DNA from: Deltaproteobacteria bacterium
GTDB taxonomy: Bacteria > Desulfobacterota > Desulfomonilia > UBA1062
Reading direction: 5' to 3'
Length of the DNA: 64,000 bases
NCBI GenBank assembly: GCA_011046135.1
Contig: DSBG01000137.1
Span: forward strand, 23,536-87,535
The translations under genes were made by a program, and so were the position numbers. Numbering within the stretch: position 1 is the first letter of the stretch; the number at the start of each line of letters is the position of its first letter. Positions 18,864-27,577 of this stretch are shown here, in pieces. The notes under the pieces were generated by a model. That model ran no database searches and was not told the origin of the DNA. It worked only from the letters and a program-made list of their open reading frames with translations.

Positions 18864-19835
18864 ATGATATCCAAGGGACGGCTCGTCAGCGAGATCGGCG
18901 ACGGAGACAGGATCAAGGCGGTCTTCCTCGTCTCGGAAAGAAGGCTTCTGATGACACGCAACGGGAAACACTATGCGAAGTTTCTCCTTACAGACAAGAC
19001 CGGAGATATTCCGGGAATCATGTGGGATGATGCAGAGCAGCAGATCTCTGGCATAGAGCCCGGTGACGTCGTCGGGGTGAAGGCCAGCGCTGAATCCTAT
19101 GAAAACAGGCTTCAGCTTCGCATTGAGAAGATCCTACGCCTCTCGGACAATGATGTCGATGTGTCGAGCCTCATCCCCACGGTGAACCGGGACATTGCAG
19201 GCATGATGCAGGAACTTGAAGGAATCATGGCTGCAGTCGGGAATAGTCACCTCAAAAGACTCCTGGAGAATGTCTTCTCCCGTGAAGGTGTCAGGGAACA
19301 ATTCATGAAGGCACCTGCGGCCAAGGGTATCCACCACAATTATATCGGGGGCCTCCTCGAGCACACCCTCCAGGTAGTCAGGGCCATCGATGTTCTCCTC
19401 CCGCTCTACGCCCAGGTTGGCCTCAACCGTGACTTGCTCGTCACCGGTGCAGTCCTGCACGACCTGGGAAAGATCTACGAGTATTCCTACTCGCGCATCA
19501 TCGAGATGACTCCCCAGGGAAGGCTGCTCGGCCATATCTATCTCTCTGCACACATAACCGATTCCGAGATTTCATCGATTCCGGACTTCCCGGATGAACT
19601 CAAGCTCCAGCTCCTTCACCTGATCCTTGGTCACCATGGGCAGCTGGAATTCGGTTCACCCAAGCTGCCCATGACCAGGGAGGCCATGGTCCTCCACATG
19701 CTCGATGATCTCGATGCCAAACTGATCGGGTTTACCTCCATCATCGATGCGACGCCCGAAGAGGAATTATTCTCGTCTTTCTCCAGCGTATACAACCGAT
19801 ACCTCTACACCAAAACCTACGAGGAAGAGGAGTAG
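18864..19835 (+). CDS. OB-fold + HD-domain 3'-5' exoribonuclease (YhaM-like)
   Basis: N-terminal OB fold (KAVFLVSERRLLMTRNGKHYAKFLLTDKTGDIPGIMW) plus HD motif (HHNYIGGLLEHTL...LHDLGK...HH); GGAGGG RBS. Confidence 0.75.
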   Translation: MISKGRLVSEIGDGDRIKAVFLVSERRLLMTRNGKHYAKFLLTDKTGDIPGIMWDDAEQQISGIEPGDVVGVKASAESYENRLQLRIEKILRLSDNDVDVSSLIPTVNRDIAGMMQELEGIMAAVGNSHLKRLLENVFSREGVREQFMKAPAAKGIHHNYIGGLLEHTLQVVRAIDVLLPLYAQVGLNRDLLVTGAVLHDLGKIYEYSYSRIIEMTPQGRLLGHIYLSAHITDSEISSIPDFPDELKLQLLHLILGHHGQLEFGSPKLPMTREAMVLHMLDDLDAKLIGFTSIIDATPEEELFSSFSSVYNRYLYTKTYEEEE

Positions 19836-19937
19836 CAACCTCACAGGAGTTTCCCGTGCTGAAAAGACCGGAGCCTCGGGGGCTGTCTCAATGTTCTGAA
19901 GCCGGAATGGTCCCCCGGGAGATCTCGCCGGAGGTCA

Positions 19938-19968
19938 GGGGGGGAATGGCCACCCCCGGCGGTTTTTC
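19938..19968 (+). terminator. putative intrinsic terminator after yhaM-like gene
   Basis: G-run/C-run hairpin (gggggggaatggccaccccc) followed by ggcggTTTTTc; abuts ptsN stop on opposite strand. Confidence 0.3.
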
Positions 19969-20433
19969 TCACTCATCGAGAAGGGAATCGTATTCCTTGA
20001 TAACCCGATAGACCTCCTCGGAAGAGGGGGCTTCCATCATGCGCTGCCTCAGAGCGGTATTTTTCAGGAGCATGGCTGCCCGTGCCAGGGCCTTGAGATG
20101 GCCGCTCGCCGAATTCGTCGGTGCCACGAGGAGAAAAAATATGTGACACGGTTTTCCGTCCAGCGCATCGAATTTGAGCCCTTCTGCGTTGACTCCCACT
20201 GCTGCTGCAATGGTTCGAATCCCAGGAATCTTTCCGTGGGGTATCGCCACCCCATCCCCGATGCCCGTTGCTCCGAGCTTTTCCCTGTTCATCAGGGAAG
20301 ACACCATTTCGTCCAGATCCACCTTGTACTCCTGGGCGATGGGACGGGAGAGTTCGGTGAGGATATCCTTTTTTGTTGTCGCCTCAAGGTGCGTTATGAC
20401 GCACTCAGGCTTGAGAATGTCGAGAATTTTCAT
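19969..20433 (-). CDS. ptsN: PTS IIA-Ntr nitrogen regulatory protein
   Basis: EIIA fructose-type fold with phosphorylatable His in GDGVAIPHGK; canonical position downstream of rpoN-hpf. Confidence 0.88.
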   Translation of the reverse strand: MKILDILKPECVITHLEATTKKDILTELSRPIAQEYKVDLDEMVSSLMNREKLGATGIGDGVAIPHGKIPGIRTIAAAVGVNAEGLKFDALDGKPCHIFFLLVAPTNSASGHLKALARAAMLLKNTALRQRMMEAPSSEEVYRVIKEYDSLLDE

Positions 20434-20954
20434 GGTGTCGGCTCTATCAATCCGAGGTCTCCGTCTTGTCTCCTGTATATGAGATTTATCTGATTCGTTT
20501 CTGTGTTCAGAAAGATGATGAACTCTTTTTCAACGACGTCGATCTGCAGGGCCGCCTCTTCGACGCTCATGGGCTTGATGAAGTATCCCTTCTCGTGGAT
20601 GATACGCGGCTTGGTCTCCGTGGAGGAGGGGGTACCTGTGGATTCGGGAAAAGACTTCGACTGACCCTTTTTCCCCTGGAGTTTCTGCTTGTACTTTTTA
20701 ATCTGCCGCTCCAGCTTATCCATGACCATGTCAATGGCCGCATACAGGTCTTCGGTGATCTCAACGGCATTGATAACCGTTCCATCGGCGTTCACGGTCA
20801 CGTCGGCCTTATGCCGTCTTTTTTCAACAGAAAAAACAACATGTGCCTCAGCGGTTCTGTCAATATATTTATCAATCTTCGACAAGCGTTTTGCTGCGTA
20901 CTCTTTCAGAGCATCGGAAGAATCCAGATTCTTAAAGGTAATATCTATCTGCAT
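20430..20954 (-). CDS. hpf: ribosome hibernation promoting factor (long form)
   Basis: MQIDITFKNLDSSDALKEYAAKRLSKIDKY...; ATG at 20954 preceded by GAGGAGG; ORF track extension to 21029 has no support; ATGA overlap with ptsN. Confidence 0.9.
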   Translation of the reverse strand: MQIDITFKNLDSSDALKEYAAKRLSKIDKYIDRTAEAHVVFSVEKRRHKADVTVNADGTVINAVEITEDLYAAIDMVMDKLERQIKKYKQKLQGKKGQSKSFPESTGTPSSTETKPRIIHEKGYFIKPMSVEEAALQIDVVEKEFIIFLNTETNQINLIYRRQDGDLGLIEPTP

Positions 20955-20988
20955 GCATCCTCCTCTCCCGCATTCACGGGTTTTGTCC

Positions 20989-22368
20989 TCAGTAGTGTTT
21001 TTTCCTCCGGTTCGATGGCAGAATACCAAGGATATCCCTGTACTTGGCGACCGTTCTTCTGGCGATCTTCACCCCTTTCACCTTGAGATTCTTTGCAATA
21101 GCCTGATCTGAAAGGGGATGTTTCGCATCTTCAGCCTTGATAATGTTCTCGATTTCATTCTTTACGCTCTGAGAGGCAACAAAGCTCCCATCACTTTTCG
21201 AAATGCCGCTGTTGAAGAAGAACTTGAGCTCGAACGTCCCCTGGGGCGTGTGTACATACTTGTTTGATGTGACCCTGCTGATGGTTGATTCGTGCATCCC
21301 AACGTCATCGGCAACATCTCTGAGCACAAGGGGTTTCAATTCGGTGATACCGTGATCAAGGAAGTTCCGCTGAAATTTTACGATACTTTCAGTGACCTTG
21401 CACAGCGTGTTCTGCCGCTGCTGGATGCTTTTCATGAGCCATTGTGCAGATTTGTAGCAATCGGTGAGATATTCTTTTGCCATCCTGCCGGTTTCGTTCG
21501 ATTTCATCATGGTCTGGTACTGTTTGTTCAGGTTCAGCAGCGGGATGTCCTCCTCATTGAGGACAACCATGTACTCGCCCTCGATCTTGACCACGTAGAC
21601 GTCCGGCACCACGTACAGCAGAGGTTCATCCGAATAGTCCCGTGCTGGACGAGGTTCCATGTTGATAATGATCTGGGCTGCCTGCGCGACGTCTTCCACG
21701 GATGCATCGAGTTCCTGGGCGATTTTGTCGAAGTTCTTAGTCTGGAGTTCCTCCAGGTGTGAGTCGATGATTTCCCACACCAGTGTATCTTCCAACCCCA
21801 GGTTGCGCGCCTGAATGTGAAGGCACTCCCTGAGATCCCGTGCGGCGATACCCGCAGGGTCAAACCGCTGAACCCTTTCGAGGGTCGTGTTCACAATGGA
21901 CAGGTCCACGTTCGTTTCTTCACTCACCGCGGCGAGATCCATGGAGAGGTATCCATTGTGATCAAGGTTGCCGATGATGAATAGTCCCACCCTTCGCTCC
22001 TGCTCGCTGAAATCGTTCATCCGAAGCTGCCACAGGAGGTGGTCCAGAAGCCCCTCTTCTCTGCAGGTGGTAGACTCCAGCGACGGCCGCTCGTCATCCT
22101 CGTAGTACGGAATATTGTCCTGTCCGTAGGTTTCGAGATAGGTTTCCCACCGTGCCCGGAGCTGCTCCCTGTCTTCGAAATCACTGGGGCTTTTTTCCCT
22201 GAGCGAGGTGGTGTCTCCCTCGAGGAGAGGATTCGACTCAAGTTCGGTGGTGATGTAGTCAACGAGTTCGAGCCTGGAGAATTGCAGAAGCTTGATCGCC
22301 TGTTGCAGCTGTGGCGTCATAATGAGCTGCTGCGAGAGTTTCAGATGCTGTTTGAGCTCGAGTGCCAT
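20989..22368 (-). CDS. rpoN: RNA polymerase sigma-54 factor
   Basis: MALELKQHLKLSQQLIMTPQLQQAIKLLQ (region I), core-binding region, and C-terminal RpoN box (ARRTVAKYRDILGI). Confidence 0.95.
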   Translation of the reverse strand: MALELKQHLKLSQQLIMTPQLQQAIKLLQFSRLELVDYITTELESNPLLEGDTTSLREKSPSDFEDREQLRARWETYLETYGQDNIPYYEDDERPSLESTTCREEGLLDHLLWQLRMNDFSEQERRVGLFIIGNLDHNGYLSMDLAAVSEETNVDLSIVNTTLERVQRFDPAGIAARDLRECLHIQARNLGLEDTLVWEIIDSHLEELQTKNFDKIAQELDASVEDVAQAAQIIINMEPRPARDYSDEPLLYVVPDVYVVKIEGEYMVVLNEEDIPLLNLNKQYQTMMKSNETGRMAKEYLTDCYKSAQWLMKSIQQRQNTLCKVTESIVKFQRNFLDHGITELKPLVLRDVADDVGMHESTISRVTSNKYVHTPQGTFELKFFFNSGISKSDGSFVASQSVKNEIENIIKAEDAKHPLSDQAIAKNLKVKGVKIARRTVAKYRDILGILPSNRRKKHY

Positions 22369-22380
22369 ACGCTACCCACC

Positions 22381-23112
22381 TTACTGCAGAGTGAAATCTT
22401 TTCCCACGTAAATCTGCCGAACCTGTTCATTAGCCACGACCCGTTCGGGGTCTCCTTCCTCTATCACAACCCCCTGGTGTATGATGTACGCCCTGTCACA
22501 TATCTTCAGGGTTTCCTTTACGTTATGATCGGTAATAATGACACCAATTCCTCGATTTTTCAAGGTCACGATCATGTCCTGGATATCTTTTACCGTGATG
22601 GGATCGATCCCGGCGAATGGCTCGTCGAGGAGGAGATACCGTGGGTTCAAGGCCATCGACCGTGCAATTTCAACCCTGCGCCGTTCCCCGCCTGACACGG
22701 AGAGGCCCTTGTGGTGCCTCACGTGTTCAAGGCCGAACCCGCTGATGATGTTATCAATCTCCTGGGTCAAGTCCTGAGCTCTGAGGCCTTTTGCCTCCAG
22801 GGGCACCCTGATGTTGTCTTCGACGCTCAACCCCCTGAACACAGAAGGTTCCTGCGGCAGGTACCCGATGCCCAGCAGGGCCCTTTCTGCCAGATCGAGG
22901 TGCGTGATCTCTTCACTTCCCAGGCGAACAAGCCCCCTGTCCGGACGGATGAGACCGACGACCATGTAGAAGGTTGTGGTCTTCCCTGCACCGTTTGGTC
23001 CAAGCAGCCCCACGATCTCGCCCTGGGTGCACATGATGTCGAGCCCCCTGATGACGTGCAGTCTGCCGAAGGACTTTTCCAGGCCAGTGGCGGAAAGAAC
23101 TAGTTCTCCCAT
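22381..23112 (-). CDS. lptB: LPS export ABC transporter ATP-binding protein
   Basis: Walker A GPNGAGKTT, signature LSGGERRRVEIARS, Walker B LLLDEP; immediately upstream of rpoN as in canonical lptCAB-rpoN cluster. Confidence 0.92.
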   Translation of the reverse strand: MGELVLSATGLEKSFGRLHVIRGLDIMCTQGEIVGLLGPNGAGKTTTFYMVVGLIRPDRGLVRLGSEEITHLDLAERALLGIGYLPQEPSVFRGLSVEDNIRVPLEAKGLRAQDLTQEIDNIISGFGLEHVRHHKGLSVSGGERRRVEIARSMALNPRYLLLDEPFAGIDPITVKDIQDMIVTLKNRGIGVIITDHNVKETLKICDRAYIIHQGVVIEEGDPERVVANEQVRQIYVGKDFTLQ

Positions 23113-23618
23113 TTCAGTATCCCTGATTCGTGCTCCGTGTTGACCCTGATTTTAACACGTCCCCCCTGCCCTTCCACGATCTGTCTGTTGGAGGCCATGT
23201 CCATGATGACTTTCTGGCCCGAAATCTGTTCGGGACCCCTGGTTATGAGCACATCTCCGGAAAGAACCATCGTGGCGGATTCAAGATCGTAGGTTACTTC
23301 GGTGCAGGATGCCTCTTTATCCTCCCATGCTATGCTCACCTCTCCCGTCGCTACCAGGGAGCTCAGCGTGCTGGTTTCAGGATTGTAGCGCACCCGGAGG
23401 AGGGAACTCGAAAGGGTTATGGCATCTTTTTTCGCACGGACATTCCCCTCGAAGACCGCTTCTCCGGTGAGCGTGTTTACCTCGAGCCTGTCGGACTCTA
23501 TCTCGATCATGGGGCTTTGAGGCGATGATTCCTCAAGGCTCTGGGCATGAAGCAGGCCAGACAGGAGAAGACTAAGAACGAACCATATCGGGAGAAATTT
23601 TCGCATGAACTCCGCCAC
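23100..23618 (-). CDS. lptA: LPS transport periplasmic protein LptA (OstA-like)
   Basis: Signal peptide then OstA-N beta-jellyroll repeats (TGEAVFEGNVRA...DVLITRGPEQISGQKV); position between lptC and lptB. Confidence 0.8.
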   Translation of the reverse strand: MAEFMRKFLPIWFVLSLLLSGLLHAQSLEESSPQSPMIEIESDRLEVNTLTGEAVFEGNVRAKKDAITLSSSLLRVRYNPETSTLSSLVATGEVSIAWEDKEASCTEVTYDLESATMVLSGDVLITRGPEQISGQKVIMDMASNRQIVEGQGGRVKIRVNTEHESGILKWEN

Positions 23619-24096
23619 TGAAACGAATCAGGTTGAAATTTTGATGGAACCGTGCCCCGGCTGCCTCGATGATACCCTGCGGTCCTTCCACCCTCAGGGG
23701 GTTGTCCGTATACGCGACGTTTGATTTTCGATCCCAGCTCAGCCCGTCGAGGATTGCCTTCATCCCCTCGGCGGTTTCGATGAAGACCGTTCCATCGATT
23801 TCGAGAAGGGCCTCCTCGAAATCGTAGCGGGCGTGTGTTCCACGTATATGTAGCCCGTTGGAACCCGAGAGTTCAAAATCTGTGAGAACAGCCCTCCGGT
23901 CGTCCTGTTCCACGATTTCCCGAGCCGAGATGGAGAGTGACCGTGAGCCATTCTCAGAGTACTCGAAGAGATTGATGTTCGATGCCACGCGAAGAAAGGG
24001 AGCTTCGTCAAGCACAGATGGAAGTTCCTCTCGATCGGAAAAGAGCACGATCAGAGAGACGATGACTGCCGGGATAATGAGCCACTTAATCCACAT
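23572..24096 (-). CDS. lptC: LPS export system protein LptC
   Basis: N-terminal membrane anchor (MWIKWLIIPAVIVSLIVLF) plus LptC beta-jellyroll; gene order kdsC-lptC-lptA-lptB. Confidence 0.75.
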   Translation of the reverse strand: MWIKWLIIPAVIVSLIVLFSDREELPSVLDEAPFLRVASNINLFEYSENGSRSLSISAREIVEQDDRRAVLTDFELSGSNGLHIRGTHARYDFEEALLEIDGTVFIETAEGMKAILDGLSWDRKSNVAYTDNPLRVEGPQGIIEAAGARFHQNFNLIRFSGGVHAKISPDMVRS

Positions 24097-24589
24097 AGCG
24101 TTTCATCACGTCGTCGAAGAGATCAAGATTCTTGAGCACGATCTCCACGGCCTCCCTCACCGCTCCTGTGCCCCCCGGCAGCGAGGTGACGATATCAACC
24201 CGTTCTTTGACCATATCAACTGCATCAGCGGGAGCGAAACTGGTTCCACACAGGGCCATGGCGGGCAGATCCACCACGTCATCCCCCATATAGGCCATGT
24301 CTTCCGGCGGTATTCCCAGGATGCCGGACAGCTCTTTGAGCGCTGATCGCTTGTCCTTGGCTCCCTGCATGACATGGCGAACGCCGAGGTCTTCAGCACG
24401 GTGCTCCAGTGCCCTGGAGGTTCTTCCGGTGATGAGGGCGACCTCGATCCCGGCCTTCATGAGGAGCTTCAGCCCGTGCCCGTCCTTGCTGTTGAATGCT
24501 TTGATCTCGGATCCCTCGTCGGTATAGTATATACGGGAATCCGTGAGTACCCCGTCAACGTCTAGCACCAGCACTCTGATGTTCTTCAT
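24086..24589 (-). CDS. kdsC: 3-deoxy-D-manno-octulosonate 8-phosphate phosphatase
   Basis: HAD motif VLDVDGVLTD, 167 aa, KdsC-type tetramer family; adjacent to kdsA. Confidence 0.88.
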   Translation of the reverse strand: MKNIRVLVLDVDGVLTDSRIYYTDEGSEIKAFNSKDGHGLKLLMKAGIEVALITGRTSRALEHRAEDLGVRHVMQGAKDKRSALKELSGILGIPPEDMAYMGDDVVDLPAMALCGTSFAPADAVDMVKERVDIVTSLPGGTGAVREAVEIVLKNLDLFDDVMKRYVD

Positions 24590-25398
24590 GCAACCACCGA
24601 ATGGAGCTTTTTCAGCTGTTCGAGGAGGGCACTCAGCTGTTCGAGGGGAAACGAATTAGGGCCGTCACTCAATGCAGCGTCAGGGTTGTCGTGTATTTCC
24701 ATGAAGAGGGCATTCACGCCGAAAGCCGTACCTGCACGTGCCATCGGTACAATGAACTCCCGGTTTCCCCCCGATGATGATCCCCTGCCCCCGGGAAGCT
24801 GGAGGCTGTGCGTGACATCGAGCACCACCGGACGGCAGAGCTCCTGCATGATCCCCAGGCTTCTCAAGTCACACACGAGATTGTTATAACCGAAGGATGT
24901 GCCGCGTTCCGTCAGCATGATGCCATGGTTGCCCGTGCTCTCGATCTTTTCGATGGCATGAGTCATGTCCCAGGGAGCCATGAACTGGCCCTTCTTGATG
25001 TTGATGGGCAGCCCCGTTTCCCCCGCGGCCAGGAGGAGGTCTGTCTGACGGCACAGAAAGGCAGGGATCTGGAGAAGGTCGAGGACCTCTGCAGCTGCCG
25101 GAGCCTGGGCAGGATCATGGATGTCGGAAGTGACGGGCAGGCCGAGATCCTCTCTGATCCCGGAGAGGATCTCGAGGCCAGCTTCAAGACCCGGTCCCCG
25201 ATAGGCATGGAGGGACGATCGATTCGCCTTGTCAAAGGATGCCTTGAAAATGAAAGGAATGCCGGCGCTTGTGGTTATTTCCCGGAGGGATTCAGCCAGG
25301 AACCTCGCATGGTCCCGTGATTCGATGACACACGGTCCGGCAATCAGTACGAGATCCTTGCCGCCGACACACACACCTCCTACCTGAACAGCCTGCAT
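24586..25398 (-). CDS. kdsA: 2-dehydro-3-deoxyphosphooctonate aldolase (KDO8P synthase)
   Basis: LVLIAGPCVIES...FKASFDKANRSS...DVTHSLQLPGG DAHP/KDO8P synthase motifs. Confidence 0.92.
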   Translation of the reverse strand: MQAVQVGGVCVGGKDLVLIAGPCVIESRDHARFLAESLREITTSAGIPFIFKASFDKANRSSLHAYRGPGLEAGLEILSGIREDLGLPVTSDIHDPAQAPAAAEVLDLLQIPAFLCRQTDLLLAAGETGLPINIKKGQFMAPWDMTHAIEKIESTGNHGIMLTERGTSFGYNNLVCDLRSLGIMQELCRPVVLDVTHSLQLPGGRGSSSGGNREFIVPMARAGTAFGVNALFMEIHDNPDAALSDGPNSFPLEQLSALLEQLKKLHSVVA

Positions 25399-25705
25399 GG
25401 AGTCACCTCATGACGTGCCCTGCTTCTCTTTTCTCTCCCACTGTCTCTGAAGCACGATGACCCGAGCCCTCGGGAAAAAGGCGCGCCGTTTCCTGTAGGA
25501 GATGTACCGTAGGGGTATGCAGGTGTCAAGCAGGTATACCGCTTTACGGGAAGACAAGCCGTCTTCAGCTCCGGGAACCGCTACCCTGAGAGGATGGCTT
25601 TTCCTCTGTGAACCCCTCTTCTGAGCTCGGGAGGTCACGGGAAGATCTCGGTGCTTGACTCGGCAGCTCAAAGCGGGGTAGGTCACACCTATAAAGGAGG
25701 TTGTT

Positions 25706-26131
25706 ATGGCAGGTTCAATTAACAAGGTTCTTCTCATTGGTCGGTTGGGGAAAGATCCTGAAATGAGATTTACCCCCAACGGAAAGGCAGTCACGAATTT
25801 CACGCTGGCCACCAACGAGGTGTGGACGGATCAGAACGGAGAGCGGCAGGAGCGCACCGAGTGGCACAGGATCGTTACCTGGGGAAAGCTCGCCGAGAAC
25901 TGTGCCAAGCTGCTCTCGAAAGGGAAGCTTGCCTACGTGGAGGGACGTCTCCAGACAAGGCAGTGGGACGACAGAGACGGCAACAAGCGCTACACCACCG
26001 AGATCATAGCCAACCAGATGCAGATCCTCTCACCGATGGACTCCGCTGACAGGTCAGGGGATGCCGAGCCCGATTTCGGGCCCAACAACGGGGTGGCCGG
26101 ATCTCAGGAGTTTGACGACATTCCGTTTTGA
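25706..26131 (+). CDS. ssb: single-stranded DNA-binding protein
   Basis: [33 protein letters not shown]...TEWHRIV OB fold; acidic C-terminal tip DDIPF; AAGGAGG RBS. Confidence 0.95.
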   Translation: MAGSINKVLLIGRLGKDPEMRFTPNGKAVTNFTLATNEVWTDQNGERQERTEWHRIVTWGKLAENCAKLLSKGKLAYVEGRLQTRQWDDRDGNKRYTTEIIANQMQILSPMDSADRSGDAEPDFGPNNGVAGSQEFDDIPF

Positions 26132-26150
26132 GCAGGCGTGTCACAGGCAC

Positions 26151-27308
26151 CTAAGAAAGTTCCGCCGCCACCTTTTTCAGTCCTTGGGCAGCACCACTGA
26201 TCACAGACTCGTCGACGCAGTAGGCGAACCGTACGTAGCCACCGCGGCCGAAGCCTTTTCCAGGCACTGCAAGGATTCGTTCGTTCGCCAGGGCAGAACA
26301 GAAGGCAATATCGTCCTCGATGGGTGAGCGTGCAAAGAGGTAGAAGGTACCTTCCGGCTTCGCATAACCGAGGCCTGCCTCATCGAGGATGGACGTGAAC
26401 AGGTCCCTTCGCCTCTGATAGATCGACACATCGACGCCACAGGAAAGGCACCGGGAAAAAACTTGCTGCATCAGTGCAGGGGCATTGACGAACCCCAGTA
26501 TCCTGGTGGCGAGAATCATTGCGTCGACCAGTAGTTCCCGATGGGGGCCACGAGGGCTCAACGCGATATATCCGATCCGTTCTCCTGCCAGGGAAAGTTC
26601 CTTCGATGCCGAGGTGACAACCACCGAGTTGGGAAAGATGGCCGGTATGGATGGGACCTCCACACCGTCATAGACGATCGATCGGTAGGGTTCATCGGAG
26701 ATCACGAGAATCTCCGGATGCCGTCTCAACACATGGCTGATCTCCTCCAGGACTCCCCCATGATAAACCCTGCCCGAAGGATTGTTCGGCGTGTTCAGAA
26801 TGATGGCCCGGGTGCGCTCCGTAATTGCCCGTGCTATGGTTTCACCTGAAGGAAGAAACGTATCATCGCAGGGGGCGTCCACAAGGACCCCCCCGTGATT
26901 TTCCACGTAGAATCCATATTCCACGAAGTACGGCGACAGAACGATCACCTCGTCACCTGGATCGATGATGGCCTTCAGGACCACATTGAGGCCCCCGCCT
27001 GCACCGCAGGACATGATGATATTTTTCGGTGAGAAATCAACCCCGTAGAGCTTCGAGGCATGGGAAGCGACATTCTTCCTCACATCGGGATAGCCGGCAT
27101 TCGGCATGTAGCCGTGATGCATGGTCCTGCCCAGGGAAGACATGGCATCGAGGACCTCCTCAGGGGGAGGAATGTCAGGATTCCCGAGGCTGAAGTCGAA
27201 CACGTGCTCACTGCCGTGGATCGATTTCAACGCCGCCCCCTGTTCGAACATTTTCCTGATCCACGATGCCCTGTTCAGGTAGCCCGACATCTTTCTCGAA
27301 ACCGTCAT
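26151..27308 (-). CDS. class I/II pyridoxal-phosphate aminotransferase
   Basis: Fold-type I aminotransferase (GNPDIPPP..., SASKELSLAGERIGY PLP-lysine region); start taken at ATG 27308 (ORF track TTG 27350); substrate unassigned. Confidence 0.8.
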   Translation of the reverse strand: MTVSRKMSGYLNRASWIRKMFEQGAALKSIHGSEHVFDFSLGNPDIPPPEEVLDAMSSLGRTMHHGYMPNAGYPDVRKNVASHASKLYGVDFSPKNIIMSCGAGGGLNVVLKAIIDPGDEVIVLSPYFVEYGFYVENHGGVLVDAPCDDTFLPSGETIARAITERTRAIILNTPNNPSGRVYHGGVLEEISHVLRRHPEILVISDEPYRSIVYDGVEVPSIPAIFPNSVVVTSASKELSLAGERIGYIALSPRGPHRELLVDAMILATRILGFVNAPALMQQVFSRCLSCGVDVSIYQRRRDLFTSILDEAGLGYAKPEGTFYLFARSPIEDDIAFCSALANERILAVPGKGFGRGGYVRFAYCVDESVISGAAQGLKKVAAELS

Positions 27309-27577
27309 ATATGCCCCCGGTATGGTGATAACAGCCACTATAGCAGCCAAGGCGATGATTGTACAGTCAGGCTCATGACGAGGGAAATCATCACCGATAG
27401 GTGGAACCAGGGGACCTTCCGGAAAGGTTGATCAGCACCGAAGGTGCAGGCCTTCCACTGGATCGATTCGCAGGTTGTAGCAGGGATCATTCAATGGTAT
27501 CCTCACCCAGGTACCAGGAAATCAGCCGTGAGTTCAGAGACGGTCGTCACGATGGAAGAGACTTCGGGGAGAGAGGG

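Noticed and set aside
25399-25705. 308-bp intergenic region with small hairpins (cccgagccctcggg; ccgtaaagcggtatacctgcttgacacctgcatac) considered as a possible ncRNA
   Set aside because: The region has no conserved ncRNA features I can recognise (not 6S, tmRNA, RNase P or SRP-like). It contains promoter-like hexamers for both flanking genes. It was kept only as a possible regulatory region.
25408-25815. 135-aa ORF on minus strand spanning the kdsA-ssb intergenic region and overlapping the ssb start
   Set aside because: It has no motifs and a biased Arg/Pro composition. It overlaps the ssb RBS and start. More plausibly the region holds divergent kdsA and ssb promoters.
27401-27577. ORF-track N-terminal extension (59 aa) of the TPR membrane protein
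   Set aside because: The extension lacks an RBS and is hydrophilic junk-like sequence. The internal ATG at 27578 has a G-rich RBS and begins directly with a Lys-Lys then the first TM helix.
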